DNA of 64,000 nt from Eubacteriales bacterium (GTDB lineage Bacteria; Bacillota; Clostridia; Oscillospirales; CAG-272): positions 16,472 through 80,471 of the forward strand of contig JBGVPV010000086.1 of NCBI GenBank assembly GCA_045127215.1, written 5' to 3'. The notes beneath the pieces were generated by a model. That model saw only the letters and a list, made by a program, of their open reading frames with translations. It was not told where the DNA came from and ran no database searches. Positions 1 to 8,967 of this stretch are shown piece after piece; position 1 is the stretch's first letter, and every line of letters begins with the position of its first letter. The position numbers and the translations under genes are program-made.

Positions 1-550
1 CGGATACAAAATGACTATAACTCAGAATACTTATAATTCTATGCCTCCTCACCTGAGTGTCAAAGAAGCGCCAACCGTAAAGCTGTATTCCTATATGGCG
101 GTACGCGAGGACGGCGTTGAGCTCTTTGGGTTTATGAGTGAGGAAGAGCTTTCGGCGTTCAAGCTGCTTATTACTGTTTCGGGTGTAGGACCTAAGGCGG
201 CAGTTGCTATACTGTCACATCTGACTCCTGTAAAGCTTTCTTTGGCAATATGCACTGAGGATAAGAAAAGTATTTCGCAGGCGAACGGCATAGGCCCTAA
301 AACCGCGGCGAGAATTATTCTCGAGCTTAAGGATAAGCTCAAAAATCAGGTATTCGATGGTGAGGCCGAGAATGACTCCCCTGCCATCGTAAGCGCAGGT
401 AGTTCTAGCAAGCTCAGCGACGCGCAGGACGCGCTTATGGTTCTCGGATATTCACGTAATGAAGCACTGAGTGCCCTTAAATCCATTGACACAAGCGCTC
501 TTGAGCTTGACGAGATAATCAGACTTGCGCTCAAGAAGCTCATTCGTTAA
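1..550 (+). CDS. ruvA: Holliday junction branch-migration complex subunit RuvA (5'-truncated by window edge)
   Basis: The frame is open from nt 2. GYKMTITQNTY...VKLYSYMAVREDGVELFGF matches the RuvA OB-fold domain, with roughly 20 N-terminal residues missing. Two helix-hairpin-helix motifs are present (VSGVGPKAAVAIL, ANGIGPKTAARIILELK), plus a C-terminal RuvB-binding domain. ruvB follows 15 nt downstream. Confidence 0.9.
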   Translation, partial: GYKMTITQNTYNSMPPHLSVKEAPTVKLYSYMAVREDGVELFGFMSEEELSAFKLLITVSGVGPKAAVAILSHLTPVKLSLAICTEDKKSISQANGIGPKTAARIILELKDKLKNQVFDGEAENDSPAIVSAGSSSKLSDAQDALMVLGYSRNEALSALKSIDTSALELDEIIRLALKKLIR

Positions 551-565
551 AGAAAGGAGAACAAA

Positions 566-1627
566 ATGGACTTCGATCAGGAATTTGATTTTGAAAACAG
601 AATACTCTCCTCTTCCGCAACGCGCGAGGATAATGATGCTGATACTTCCCTTCGCCCCAAAACTCTTGAGGATTACATAGGTCAGGAAAAAGCAAAGGAA
701 AACCTTAGGATCTACATTGAAGCGGCAAAGCTCAGAGGTGAAAACCTTGACCACGTTTTACTTTACGGCCCTCCGGGACTTGGTAAAACTACACTTTCAA
801 ACATCATTGCCGCAGAGATGGGCGTAAATATCCGAATAACGTCAGGTCCTGCTATTGAAAAACAAGGCGATCTTGCCGCGTTGCTTACAAATCTTTCTGA
901 GGGTGACGTTTTGTTTATTGATGAGATACACAGACTTTCACGCTCGGTTGAGGAAATACTTTATCCCGCGATGGAAGATAACGCGCTTGATATTATCATC
1001 GGGAAAGGCCCTGCGGCAAGAAGCATTCGTATTGATCTGCCGAGATTTACGTTAATTGGCGCGACTACTCGCGCAGGTCAGCTTACGACTCCCTTGCGTG
1101 ACCGTTTCGGAGTTATACTCAAGCTCGAATTATATACCCCCGACGAGCTTACGACTATCGTAAAACGAAGCGCGGGAATTCTCGGACTTTCAATAACGGA
1201 TGACGGCGCTAAGGAGATCGCATCCCGTTCTCGCGGAACGCCGAGAATTGCCAACAGACTCCTTAAAAGAGTCCGTGATTTCGCACAAGTAAGCGGTAGT
1301 GATACCATTGATCAGAAGATTGCAAATTATGCACTTCAGCGTCTTGAGATCGATGCGCTCGGACTTGACAACACCGACAGAAAAATGCTTGAAACCATTA
1401 TCAAATTCTATGACGGTGGCCCTGTCGGTCTTGAAACGCTTGCCGCAACCGTCGGCGAGGAAGCCGTGACACTTGAGGACGTTTACGAGCCGTATCTCTT
1501 GCAGATCGGATATCTCAGCCGTACGCCGCGTGGACGTTGTGTTACACGTCTTGCGTACGAGCATCTTGGAATTCCATATCGCTCTACAATAACAAAAGCT
1601 GAACAGATAGATATTTTTTCAGAATAA
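566..1627 (+). CDS. ruvB: Holliday junction DNA helicase RuvB
   Basis: 353 aa. Walker [10 protein letters not shown], Walker [18 protein letters not shown]...RDRFG sensor region. RBS AAAGGAG lies upstream of the ATG. Canonical ruvA-ruvB pair. Confidence 0.97.
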   Translation: MDFDQEFDFENRILSSSATREDNDADTSLRPKTLEDYIGQEKAKENLRIYIEAAKLRGENLDHVLLYGPPGLGKTTLSNIIAAEMGVNIRITSGPAIEKQGDLAALLTNLSEGDVLFIDEIHRLSRSVEEILYPAMEDNALDIIIGKGPAARSIRIDLPRFTLIGATTRAGQLTTPLRDRFGVILKLELYTPDELTTIVKRSAGILGLSITDDGAKEIASRSRGTPRIANRLLKRVRDFAQVSGSDTIDQKIANYALQRLEIDALGLDNTDRKMLETIIKFYDGGPVGLETLAATVGEEAVTLEDVYEPYLLQIGYLSRTPRGRCVTRLAYEHLGIPYRSTITKAEQIDIFSE

Positions 1628-1632
1628 AAAAG

Positions 1633-1669
1633 CCGTACTCACTATTTTAGTGAGTACGGTATTTTTTTA
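1633..1669. terminator. Bidirectional rho-independent terminator between ruvB and alr
   Basis: Perfect hairpin ccgtactcact/agtgagtacgg, flanked by an A-run upstream and ttttttt downstream. It sits between the convergent stop codons of ruvB and alr. Confidence 0.75.
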
Positions 1670-2854
1670 TTTGATAATCGTATCAATAAGTCCGAGTCGT
1701 ATCTCATCAATCTCTCCGTTTTTGATAAAAACACGAGGTACGCGTTTGCCGACCGAGCAAATTATCTCGTAGTTTATAGTGTTATTTGCACGGGCAATAG
1801 CATCGCACGGGCAGATACCTTCGGCATCGCCAAACACAGTTACCTCGTCACCCATACGCACGTTTTCAACGTCCGTAACGTCAAGCATAAGCTGATCCAT
1901 ACAGATACTGCCGATTATCTTTACGCGCTTTCCGTGTATCAGCAGCTTTACCCCACCATCGAGATTTGAACGCCAGAATCCATCTGCATATCCCATGGGA
2001 ACTGTTGCGATCTTCATAGGTCTATCGGCGACAAAACGGCATCCGTAGCTTACCGTAGTGCCTGCTTCAACATCCTTGACGTGCGAGATCACAGTTTTAA
2101 GTGACATAACGGGTTTAAGATGCTGAGCATTTCTGAGCGTATCGGATGGCAACAAGCCGTAAAGGGCAATTCCTATCCGCGCCATATTCATAGAAAATTC
2201 GGGATAATCGAGTGCCGCCGCGGTATTTGATGAATGGACGTATTTAAAATCAAGTCCGCGCGTCTTCAGCTCAGTAACAAGCGTGGTAAAGCTTCTTGCC
2301 TGTGCTCGTGTAAAATCTTCTCCGCATTCACCGCAGTCGGACATCGCGAAATGCGTGAATATGCCTTCGGGGGAAATGCCGGGAAGCTTGCATGCATCAA
2401 TTATCTCGGAAACTGTGGCTTCATTACCGCAGGCAAATCCTATTCTGCCCATTCCCGTGTCGATCTTGATATGTACGTTTATTACACCGCCAAAATCCTT
2501 TGCGTACTCTGAAAGCTGACGCGCGTATTCAAGCGAATATACGCACTGTGAGATGTTGTTTTTACAAAGCTCAGAGACGCATTCGGGTGGCGTATATCCA
2601 AGTATCAGCAGCGGTAGCGTAATGCCTGAATTTCTCAATTCCAACGCTTCCTCAATGTTCGAGACCGCCATCCAATCAGCGCCCGCATCTTGCAATTCAG
2701 CGGCAACTCGGACCGCGTTATGTCCGTAAGCGTCAGCCTTTATAACGCAACATGCAAGCGTACCTTGCGGCAACAGTTTTTTGACCGCATTGAAATTATA
2801 TATTAAATTGTCGAGATTTATCTCAGCCCAAAGCCGTTTGCCGAAATTGTTCAT
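1667..2854 (-). CDS. alr: Alanine racemase
   Basis: 395 aa. N-terminal PLP-lysine motif VIKADAYGHNAV, a TIM-barrel followed by a C-terminal beta domain, and typical PMGYADG and SICMDQ motifs. Confidence 0.95.
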   Translation of the reverse strand: MNNFGKRLWAEINLDNLIYNFNAVKKLLPQGTLACCVIKADAYGHNAVRVAAELQDAGADWMAVSNIEEALELRNSGITLPLLILGYTPPECVSELCKNNISQCVYSLEYARQLSEYAKDFGGVINVHIKIDTGMGRIGFACGNEATVSEIIDACKLPGISPEGIFTHFAMSDCGECGEDFTRAQARSFTTLVTELKTRGLDFKYVHSSNTAAALDYPEFSMNMARIGIALYGLLPSDTLRNAQHLKPVMSLKTVISHVKDVEAGTTVSYGCRFVADRPMKIATVPMGYADGFWRSNLDGGVKLLIHGKRVKIIGSICMDQLMLDVTDVENVRMGDEVTVFGDAEGICPCDAIARANNTINYEIICSVGKRVPRVFIKNGEIDEIRLGLIDTIIK

Positions 2855-2937
2855 CGTGACCTCACTTCAAATAAGACTATACGTAACACATATTATATCA
2901 CGTTTTATTTAAAAAGTCAACAAACGCAAAAATTATC

Positions 2938-2966
2938 TTGAAATTTTTCTGTGTTCGTGTTATAAT
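2938..2966 (+). promoter_or_regulatory. Sigma-A type promoter (TTGAAA-17-TATAAT, extended -10 TGt)
   Basis: ttgaaa (2938-2943), a 17-nt spacer ending in tgt, then tataat (2961-2966). The predicted transcription start (TSS) near 2973 argues for the TTG start at 3020 rather than the ATG at 2984. Confidence 0.5.
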
Positions 2967-3019
2967 AAATATACACGACTGTTTTGAGAATTATTTCTCA
3001 TTCTGAAAGGAATTTTAAA

Positions 3020-3571
3020 TTGAAAAAAGTATATATTCTTTTATCGGGTACGGGTACGGTTCCCGCAAGAGTTATAAGAAAGATCAAGGGCGGTAAATTT
3101 TCACACACCTCGCTCTCCCTGACACCCGAAACGGACAAATTTTATAGCTATGCACGTAGGCGTTTGCATAATTGTCTGGTAGCAGGCTTTGTTACCGAGA
3201 ACATACATACACACGTTTTCGCACAGTATCCCGAGGCTTTGTGTGCTTTATACGCTCTTACGGTATCAGATGAAGCGTATGAAAAAATACGTGAAATGGT
3301 AGATGAATGCAAGGCAAATTACAAAAAAGCGACATATAATTTTATTGGACTTTTTGCCCTTGGATTTGGAATCAAAGTTAAGAGTAAATACAAATATACT
3401 TGTTCGCAATTCGTGGCAGTCGCTCTGGAGAGATCGGGCGAGATCAAGCTTCCCAAGGATCCTTATCTTATGGTGCCCACCGATTTTATGAAGATCGAAG
3501 GAATCGAGCTGATTTACGAGGGAGTTTTAAAGGATTGCAATTTTGATGCGGATACTTTGATACAAGCGTAA
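3020..3571 (+). CDS. Hypothetical protein, probably a permuted papain-fold (YiiX/YaeF, peptidase C92-like) enzyme
   Basis: The N-terminal LLSGTGTVPARVIRKIKGGKFSHTSLSL (His) and the later KYTCSQFVAVALERSG (Cys) are in the His-then-Cys order typical of permuted NlpC/P60 proteins. TTG start at 3020 is preceded by RBS GAAAGGA; the ORF-track start at 2984 has no RBS. Confidence 0.55.
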   Translation: MKKVYILLSGTGTVPARVIRKIKGGKFSHTSLSLTPETDKFYSYARRRLHNCLVAGFVTENIHTHVFAQYPEALCALYALTVSDEAYEKIREMVDECKANYKKATYNFIGLFALGFGIKVKSKYKYTCSQFVAVALERSGEIKLPKDPYLMVPTDFMKIEGIELIYEGVLKDCNFDADTLIQA

Positions 3572-3589
3572 AAAAATTTAATAAAGGTA

Positions 3590-3619
3590 TTGACTTTTAT
3601 ATCAGTAATGTGATATAAT
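3590..3619 (+). promoter_or_regulatory. Sigma-A promoter of tRNA-Leu (TTGACT-18-TATAAT with TG extension)
   Basis: ttgact (3590-3595), an 18-nt spacer ending in tga, then tataat (3614-3619). It lies about 25 nt upstream of the mature tRNA 5' end. Confidence 0.6.
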
Positions 3620-3643
3620 ATTTGGCGTTGAAGCTGAATATTC

Positions 3644-3730
3644 GCCGGTGTGATGGAATTGGCAGACGTGCTGGACTCAAAATCCAGTGGTAGCGATACC
3701 GTGTCGGTTCGACCCCGACCACCGGCACCA
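3644..3730 (+). tRNA. tRNA-Leu (anticodon CAA), CCA encoded
   Basis: Acceptor stem gccggtg/caccggc. Anticodon arm ctgga-CTCAAAA-tccag gives anticodon CAA. Long variable arm typical of class II Leu. T arm gtcgg-ttcgacc-ccgac. Discriminator A followed by CCA. Confidence 0.93.
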
Positions 3731-3732
3731 AG

Positions 3733-3767
3733 CCCGATCTCCAAAAGGAGATCGGGCATTTCTTTTT
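3733..3767 (+). terminator. Rho-independent terminator after tRNA-Leu
   Basis: 10-bp perfect stem cccgatctcc/ggagatcggg with loop aaaa, followed by catttcttttt. Confidence 0.8.
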
Positions 3768-3773
3768 GAATAT

Positions 3774-3809
3774 AAAAACCACGGTGTTTTGTTTACACCG
3801 TGGTTTTTA
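3774..3809. terminator. Terminator of the phosphohexomutase gene (bidirectional hairpin)
   Basis: aaccacggtgt / acaccgtggtt stem flanked by A- and T-runs, 4 nt beyond the stop codon of the minus-strand gene. Confidence 0.7.
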
Positions 3810-3812
3810 TAT

Positions 3813-5489
3813 TCAACAGCCTGCCTCAAAAACCGAGCGCATAACGTCAAGCTTAATAAGTGCTTTTGCCTTGTCAGGCGCTACTACACTGTAATAGAAC
3901 TTACACTTGGGCTCTGTACCGCTCGGACGAACCGCAACCCAGCTTCCGTCTTCAAGTACGAACCTGAGAACGTTGGAGCTCGGGAAGCCCTGCACCTTCA
4001 TAGCTTCCGATTTATAGTCCTCAAGCGTTGCCACCTTTACGTCACCCGCGGTAGTCGGGGGTGTGTTGCGGAGTCCGTCAACAAGTGCGGATATCTTTGC
4101 CGAGCCATCAATACCTGAGAAAGCAAAGTTATCGAGCGCATCAAGGAAGTAGCCGTGCTCAGCAAACAGATCGTCAAGAACGTCAAGTAAGCTCTTTCCC
4201 TGCTCGTGATAATAAGCCGCCGCCTCACAAAGCATAAGAGACGCCTGAACTGCATCCTTATCGCGAACGAAGTCGCCGATAAGACAGCCGTAGCTCTCCT
4301 CGTATCCGAATACGAATACCTTATCGCCATCAGTCTCGTGCTTGTATATCTTATCACCTATGAATTTAAATCCGGTCAGTGTTTTTTCAACACTCACGCC
4401 GTATTTAGCGCACACTCTGTCGCCAAGGTCAGAGGTAACAACGGTATTGAACATAACACCGTTTGTGGGAAGCGTACCCTGCTCTGCCTTTTGCGAGAGA
4501 ATATAGTCAAGAAGCACAGCAGCGGATTGGTTACCAGTCATGCGTACGTATTCACCGTCGCGCTTTACTGCAACACCGAGTCTGTCACAATCGGGGTCGG
4601 TTGTGATAACTATATCAGCGTCGTGTTCTTTAGCATATTTTATGCTGAGTTCATACGCGGCGTCGGTTTCGGGGTTGGGGTTAGGGGTATTGCAAAATTC
4701 GGTATCGGGGAAACACTGCTCCTCGACAGCGATAACGTCGTATCCAAGTCTAGCAAGGACCGTTCTTACGGGAACGTTACCCGTTCCGTGCTGAGGAGAA
4801 TAAACTATCTTAATGTCCTTTTTAACGTCAGGACGAACGGAAATCGACATAACGTCCTTATAATAGCTCTCGTCAACGTCGTCACCGAGAGTTACGAAAA
4901 GATCGCCTGCTTGTTCCGGCGTCAACGCCTTTACGGTAAGCGGATCGTCTATCTTGGCAATCTCTGCAACAACCTTGTCGTTTACCTCGGGAATGAGCTG
5001 ACAACCGCGCTCGTCGTAGAGCTTGTAGCCGTTATATTCGGGAGGATTGTGAGATGCGGTGATCACTACGCCGCCAAACGCTCCGAGATAACGTACGGCA
5101 TAGGAAAGCTCAGGGGTGGGGCGCAAAGCGTCGAAAACGTAAGCTTTGATGCCGTTTGCGGCAAGTACTCCGGCGGTCTCACGGCAGAATTCTACGCTGC
5201 AACGTCTGTTATCGTGCGCGATAACTATTCCGCGCTTGCAAGCCTCGGGGCCGCATTTCTTGATATACTCCGCGTAGCCCTGAGTAGTCTTTCGAACAAT
5301 ATATTTGTTTATACGGTTAGTACCTGCACCGAGAATTCCGCGGAGACCCGCTGTACCGAATTCAAGCTCGCAGTAAAATCTCTTTTCTATTTCTTCCTTA
5401 TCGTTTGCAATTGACAAAAGCTCCTCTTTTGTCTGAGCGTCAGTTCCCTCGCTGTTGAGCCAATGATTATAAGCGTCCATGTAATTCAT
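3813..5489 (-). CDS. Phospho-sugar mutase (alpha-D-phosphohexomutase family, PgcA-like phosphoglucomutase/phosphomannomutase)
   Basis: 558 aa. Catalytic phosphoserine loop TASHNPPEYNGYK, metal loop TDPDCDRLG, sugar-binding GYEESYG, and phosphate-binding loop VRPSGTEPK. Confidence 0.93.
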   Translation of the reverse strand: MNYMDAYNHWLNSEGTDAQTKEELLSIANDKEEIEKRFYCELEFGTAGLRGILGAGTNRINKYIVRKTTQGYAEYIKKCGPEACKRGIVIAHDNRRCSVEFCRETAGVLAANGIKAYVFDALRPTPELSYAVRYLGAFGGVVITASHNPPEYNGYKLYDERGCQLIPEVNDKVVAEIAKIDDPLTVKALTPEQAGDLFVTLGDDVDESYYKDVMSISVRPDVKKDIKIVYSPQHGTGNVPVRTVLARLGYDVIAVEEQCFPDTEFCNTPNPNPETDAAYELSIKYAKEHDADIVITTDPDCDRLGVAVKRDGEYVRMTGNQSAAVLLDYILSQKAEQGTLPTNGVMFNTVVTSDLGDRVCAKYGVSVEKTLTGFKFIGDKIYKHETDGDKVFVFGYEESYGCLIGDFVRDKDAVQASLMLCEAAAYYHEQGKSLLDVLDDLFAEHGYFLDALDNFAFSGIDGSAKISALVDGLRNTPPTTAGDVKVATLEDYKSEAMKVQGFPSSNVLRFVLEDGSWVAVRPSGTEPKCKFYYSVVAPDKAKALIKLDVMRSVFEAGC

Positions 5490-5590
5490 ACATTTTTCCT
5501 CGATTTTACTTAATTTTGGGTGATTATATTATATACTAAAATATGAATAATTTCAATAGCTTAGCACAAATATTTAATTATTTTCGTATA

Positions 5591-5636
5591 AAAAAGGTTC
5601 TTTTACCGCTAAGAAAGGGCAAAAGAACCTTTTTGC
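5591..5636. terminator. Probable terminator downstream of the Cys-rich gene
   Basis: aaaaaggttctttt ... aaaagaaccttttt inverted repeat with a 16-nt loop, flanked by A and T runs. Confidence 0.5.
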
Positions 5637-5658
5637 TTTAGTTTACTTATTAGTCAAT

Positions 5659-6504
5659 TCAACTGCCGCAGCCGCATTTTCCGTGCTTATCACCGTTGTT
5701 AAGCGGCATAAATTCGGGCGGGCAGAATTCCGCAGTTGGAAACGCCATTGATCTGAATACCGCGCAAGGATCGTCGTCCTCGGTGGAAATACATACCTTG
5801 TCGGGAACGCAGTATTCGGTTGCGTGTATGATATACTGGGCAGGACGAACTATTCTTACAACTGAGAAAATACCAAGGGAAACGGTAAGATATCTGCCGT
5901 CTCTGTCGGTCAGCTCTCCGTTAAGACCACCTGCTATTCCTTCGGGAATGTCACCGCAGCAACAGCAGCACAGACAGCAGCAGTTCTCCTCGGGTTCTCT
6001 TACCTTGACGTTAAGAACGATAGGATCAACCACCTCGACTATCGCCGTTGGGACGTTTTTAGTACAGGTACAGGGATCGGGGGCTTTGCAGAAATCAGAT
6101 GCGCACGCATCACTCTTGAATACGCTTACGTTGCTTTCGCTTCCGTAAAGTATTACGCGCTTTTCAAGTACGGCTATGCCGTCAAACTCCTGAACTCTGC
6201 CACCGCACAAACACGCTTCAAAGCATATTTTGACGTAAAATTTGATGTTTACCGAATAAAATCCCTTGTTGAACTTTATGGGGTCAATAGATATTTGAGT
6301 CCAAGCGATATGAGCATTTTTTGCTCTGACGTTGGTGGTATGCTCTATGATATCGTTTCCAAAATCGGTCAGCAAGACCTTAACGTCCTCAAAGCAATCT
6401 CTGTCGCGACAGGAATCCAAGACTCTGTTTGTGTCTATACAGATGCTTTCCGATTTGTTATTATTTCTATCCGGAGCTGTACAAGGGAATCTGTTTTCAG
6501 ACAT
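5659..6504 (-). CDS. Cysteine-rich hypothetical protein (25 Cys in 281 aa)
   Basis: Strong RBS AGGAGGAG lies 6 nt before the ATG. The ORF is flanked by a terminator. I recognise no family. It contains CCCLCCCCC (nt 5956-5982) and ends in KCGCGS. Confidence 0.75.
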   Translation of the reverse strand: MSENRFPCTAPDRNNNKSESICIDTNRVLDSCRDRDCFEDVKVLLTDFGNDIIEHTTNVRAKNAHIAWTQISIDPIKFNKGFYSVNIKFYVKICFEACLCGGRVQEFDGIAVLEKRVILYGSESNVSVFKSDACASDFCKAPDPCTCTKNVPTAIVEVVDPIVLNVKVREPEENCCCLCCCCCGDIPEGIAGGLNGELTDRDGRYLTVSLGIFSVVRIVRPAQYIIHATEYCVPDKVCISTEDDDPCAVFRSMAFPTAEFCPPEFMPLNNGDKHGKCGCGS

Positions 6505-6709
6505 ATTCTTCTCCTCCTATAAAATTTCGAGCATTCGCTCTTTCCCTATTATATTATGCAAGTGCGGCGCGCTTTGACAGCAAAGGCGCAAAAATCACGT
6601 GAAATAATAATATATAAAAAATATTTTTTTATTTTTAATAAGTACTTGAAAAAAAACGCAAAATGTATTAAAATATAAGGGTAATGTTTTTTTGGCGAGG
6701 GTATTTTTT

Positions 6710-8197
6710 ATGAACAATATCGGCTTCGACAACGGCAAATATATCGAGCTTCAATCCAAACGCATTCTCGAAAGGATAGCCAGCTTCGGCGGTAAGCTCT
6801 ACCTCGAATTTGGCGGCAAGCTTTTTGACGATTATCACGCGGCAAGAGTTCTTCCCGGATTTAAGCCTGACAGTAAGATCAAAATGCTTCTTAATCTGAA
6901 AAATGACGCCGAGGTTATCATAGTAGTCTCCGCGAATTCAATTGAGCAAAATAAGATCCGCGGTGACCTCGGTATTACTTACGATCTCGATACACTTCGC
7001 CTTATAGACGCCTTTAACGCCATAGATATCCTTATTGGCGGTGTAGTTATAACTCAGTACGAAAATCAACCCGCAACCGATATTTTCATTAAACGCCTCA
7101 ATAACCTCGGAATAAAGGTATTTAAACATTACTCCATTGAGGGTTATCCCACGAATGCCCGAAAAATAGTCAGCGACGAGGGATTTGGTAAAAACGAATA
7201 CGTAGAAACCACCAAGCCGCTCGTTGTAGTTACAGCTCCCGGTCCCGGAAGCGGAAAAATGGCAACGTGTCTCTCTCAGCTTTATCACGATCACAAACGC
7301 GGAATAAAGGCGGGATATGCTAAATTCGAGACCTTCCCCATCTGGAATCTTCCTCTTACGCACCCCGTTAACATGGCGTACGAGGCGGCTACCGTTGACC
7401 TTAATGACGTCAATATGATCGACCCGTTTCATCTTGAGGCTACCGGCAATACCGCTGTAAACTATAACCGTGATATTGAAATATTCCCAGTGCTTCAGGC
7501 GACGTTTACGCAGATCTACGGCTCGTGTCCGTATAAATCTCCTACCGATATGGGAGTTAATATGGCAGGATACTGCATAGTCGACGACGACATAGTCCGT
7601 CGCGCGTCTAAGATGGAGATAGTCCGCAGATATTACGATACTCTGTGTCGCAAGCGTAACGGCAGCGCCGAGCCTGAGGAGGTTTATAAGACTGAGCTTA
7701 TTATGACCAAGGTAGGCATCGATCCCTCGTTCCGTCGAGTCGTATCCCCTGCCCTTGATAAAGCAGCCCTGACGGGTGAACCTGCCGCAGCGATCGAGCT
7801 GAATGACGGCACCATTGTTACGGGAAAGACATCCAAGCTGATGGGAGCGTCTGCCGCAGCACTCCTCAATGCATTGAAGTATCTCGGCGGCATTGACGAT
7901 TCAGTTCTGCTTTTACCCGTTGAGGTAATGCAACCGATACAGAAGCTGAAGGTAGAAAATCTCGGCAACAATAATCCTCGTCTGCATTCCGATGAGATAT
8001 TGCTTGCTTTGGCGATTTCCGCAAATACCAGCGCTATCGCATCGCTTGCCATGGAACAGCTTCCTAAGCTTAAAGGCGCGCAGGCACACGTCAGCGTTAT
8101 GCTTTCGAATATTGATAAAAACGTATATAAAAAGCTCGGTATTGATATTACCACTGAGCCTATATACGCAACCAAAAAGCTTTACCATAAGCAATAA
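6710..8197 (+). CDS. DUF1846 / UPF0371 family protein
   Basis: Family hallmarks appear along the whole length: GFDNGKYIELQSKRILERI, KLYLEFGGKLFDDYHAARVLPGF, VVTAPGPGSGK, GYAKFETFPIWNLPL.HPVN.AYEAATVDLNDVNMIDPFH, NYNRDIEIFPVL, SPTDMGVNM, NPRLHSDEILLALAI. The ATG at 6710 (MNNIGFD) is preferred over the upstream TTG at 6692. Confidence 0.93.
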   Translation: MNNIGFDNGKYIELQSKRILERIASFGGKLYLEFGGKLFDDYHAARVLPGFKPDSKIKMLLNLKNDAEVIIVVSANSIEQNKIRGDLGITYDLDTLRLIDAFNAIDILIGGVVITQYENQPATDIFIKRLNNLGIKVFKHYSIEGYPTNARKIVSDEGFGKNEYVETTKPLVVVTAPGPGSGKMATCLSQLYHDHKRGIKAGYAKFETFPIWNLPLTHPVNMAYEAATVDLNDVNMIDPFHLEATGNTAVNYNRDIEIFPVLQATFTQIYGSCPYKSPTDMGVNMAGYCIVDDDIVRRASKMEIVRRYYDTLCRKRNGSAEPEEVYKTELIMTKVGIDPSFRRVVSPALDKAALTGEPAAAIELNDGTIVTGKTSKLMGASAAALLNALKYLGGIDDSVLLLPVEVMQPIQKLKVENLGNNNPRLHSDEILLALAISANTSAIASLAMEQLPKLKGAQAHVSVMLSNIDKNVYKKLGIDITTEPIYATKKLYHKQ

Positions 8198-8204
8198 AAA
8201 AATC

Positions 8205-8236
8205 GGAGCTGTCACTCGGGACAGCTCCAATTTTAT
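8205..8236. terminator. Bidirectional terminator between the DUF1846 gene and the ABC-2 permease gene
   Basis: ggagctgtc-actcgg-gacagctcc hairpin with an A-run upstream and aatttta downstream. The two genes are convergent. Confidence 0.7.
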
Positions 8237-8967
8237 TATTGATTTTTCATTTGCTTCAAGAACAGTGCGACCGCCGCGACTAATATTATTACGGCGTACC
8301 CAAGTACCCACCAAAAATGCGGAAATATCCCGTGAAAATCTCCCGAAATAACGGCTCGTTGCATTTCTACCGAATGCACGAACGGAAGTGCGTAGGCAAC
8401 CTTTTTAAACGCTCCCCCGACAAGCTCGAGATCAAACCAGATCCCCGAAAGCCAGGCGGAAAGATTGGTAAGCAGCGCGCCGCATATTCCACCTACCTGC
8501 TTGTCGTTCAGCACGCTTCCGCAAAGTAATCCAATGGCAATATACAAAAGCGCTATCGGAATGGTAAAGGCTATCGATAACAGTATATTTACGCTTACTG
8601 TAAGCCCGAGAATTATTGCTATGGCATAAGTTACAAGCACCTCAGCCATAGCTATCGGTATCAGAGGCAACGTGTACCCGAGAATAAAATCGAGTGCTGT
8701 CATAGGTGAAGTATAAAGCCTTTGAGTAAAGCTGCTTTGTCTATCCTTGGATATCAGCGTTGCCGAAAACAAGGTCATAAAAGCAAGACCAAATACGGCA
8801 ATTCCCGGAGAGAGATGATCAATTTCAAACATACTTACGGGAATGTTTGCCTGGATCGCGCTGAGTAAAAGCAATAAGACGATCGGGAAGCCAAACAAAA
8901 AGCATAAATTCAAAGGATCTCTGATGATCTCCTTGAAATTCCTTTTTGCGAATACAAGCATTCTCAT
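8236..8967 (-). CDS. ABC-2 type transporter permease
   Basis: 243 aa with about 6 hydrophobic helices. N-terminal FAKRNFKEIIRDPLNL is typical of ABC-2 permeases. It overlaps the upstream ATPase gene by 4 nt. Confidence 0.85.
   Translation of the reverse strand: MRMLVFAKRNFKEIIRDPLNLCFLFGFPIVLLLLLSAIQANIPVSMFEIDHLSPGIAVFGLAFMTLFSATLISKDRQSSFTQRLYTSPMTALDFILGYTLPLIPIAMAEVLVTYAIAIILGLTVSVNILLSIAFTIPIALLYIAIGLLCGSVLNDKQVGGICGALLTNLSAWLSGIWFDLELVGGAFKKVAYALPFVHSVEMQRAVISGDFHGIFPHFWWVLGYAVIILVAAVALFLKQMKNQ

Noticed and set aside
4206-5414. A 402-aa plus-strand ORF antisense to the phosphohexomutase gene. Similar antisense ORFs occur at 11705-12553, 33320-33916, 42457-43101, 51530-53626, 55591-56763 and 61148-61837.
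   Set aside because: - Each is fully nested opposite a gene with unambiguous family motifs.
- None has a plausible RBS or a recognisable protein signature.
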